NCBI GenBank assembly: GCA_023267075.1
Contig: JAHFNY010000003.1
Location: 1 to 46,104, forward strand
Direction of reading: 5' to 3'
Source of the DNA: Candidatus Vogelbacteria bacterium
GTDB taxonomy: Bacteria > Patescibacteriota > Minisyncoccia > Phycocordibacterales > XYD1-FULL-46-19
DNA length: 46,104 nt
Shown here: piece by piece, positions 45,576 through 46,104 of the stretch
How positions within the stretch are numbered: the first letter of the stretch is position 1
How the letters are laid out: the number at the start of each line of letters is the position of its first letter
Position numbers and translations under genes: made by a program
Notes under the pieces: generated by a model
Database searches by the model: none
What the model was told of the DNA's origin: nothing
Seen by the model: the letters and a program-made list of their open reading frames with translations, nothing else

Positions 45576-46097
45576 TTATTTTTTATAAGCGTCAATTGCC
45601 TTGGCGACATCGCGGGCGGCAGCGGTTTTATCTTCCCATTTCCCTACCACCACCTCCTTTTCCTCCAAGTCTTTATAGACGCTGAAGAAATGGCGGATTT
45701 CCTCTAAAGTATGAGGATCAAGGTCGCTGATATTATTGACGGTCTTATAGCGTGGATCTTTCACTGGTACCGCTAAGATTTTGGCATCAGATTCGCCTCC
45801 GTCGGTCATCATTAAGACACCAATGGCTCGAGCGGCCACAAGACAACCGGGGAAAAACGGCTCGTGACTCATGACAAGCACATCTAAAGGATCACCATCT
45901 TCCCACAAAGTTTGCGGGACAAAGCCGTAATTGGTGGGATAATGCATGGGAGAGAAAAGGACGCGATCGACGTGGACCAATCCGGTTTCTTTATCCAGTT
46001 CATATTTGATCCGCGACATCTTCGGGATCTCAATAATTACGTTTAATTTATCGGCGGTACCGGGAGCAATAGTGTGGAGAATAGAATTATTATTCAT
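45576..46097 (-). CDS. ppa: Inorganic pyrophosphatase, family I
   Basis: IEIPK..KYELDK, YPTNYGFVP, DGDPLDVLV, DAKIL, FFSVYKDLE. Confidence 0.96.
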   Translation of the reverse strand: MNNNSILHTIAPGTADKLNVIIEIPKMSRIKYELDKETGLVHVDRVLFSPMHYPTNYGFVPQTLWEDGDPLDVLVMSHEPFFPGCLVAARAIGVLMMTDGGESDAKILAVPVKDPRYKTVNNISDLDPHTLEEIRHFFSVYKDLEEKEVVVGKWEDKTAAARDVAKAIDAYKK

Positions 46098-46104
46098 TGG
46101 TTTT

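Overview
This looks like a chromosomal segment of a Patescibacteria/CPR bacterium (Parcubacteria-like). The evidence is the gene set (PrgI/VirB6/VirD4-like secretion cluster, comM, LysM-M23, TrmB-like regulators, trigger factor without an FKBP domain, CCA-HD), standard genetic code and mostly leaderless core genes. The housekeeping backbone is rsmA, pcrA/uvrD, pnp, rpsO, cca, hup, rny, clpP, tig, ppa and 7 tRNAs. It is interrupted by small stand-alone units with consensus sigma70 promoters, boxA-like/structured leaders, Shine-Dalgarno-led orphan genes and GC-rich terminators. Two of these units (39.7-41.3 kb) share a leader and terminator, and one encodes a DUF1874/AcrIII-1-type ring nuclease with a Cys/His tail. 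Another (22.5-24.3 kb) contains an intergenic type III hammerhead ribozyme and a 30-aa double-glycine-like peptide. Also present are two self-standing structured ncRNA candidates, REP-like palindromes fused to both tRNA-Gly 5' ends and inserted in-frame in rsmA, a frameshifted YafQ-like toxin and a nonsense-interrupted Xer recombinase. All calls come from reading the sequence by eye; no database search was run.
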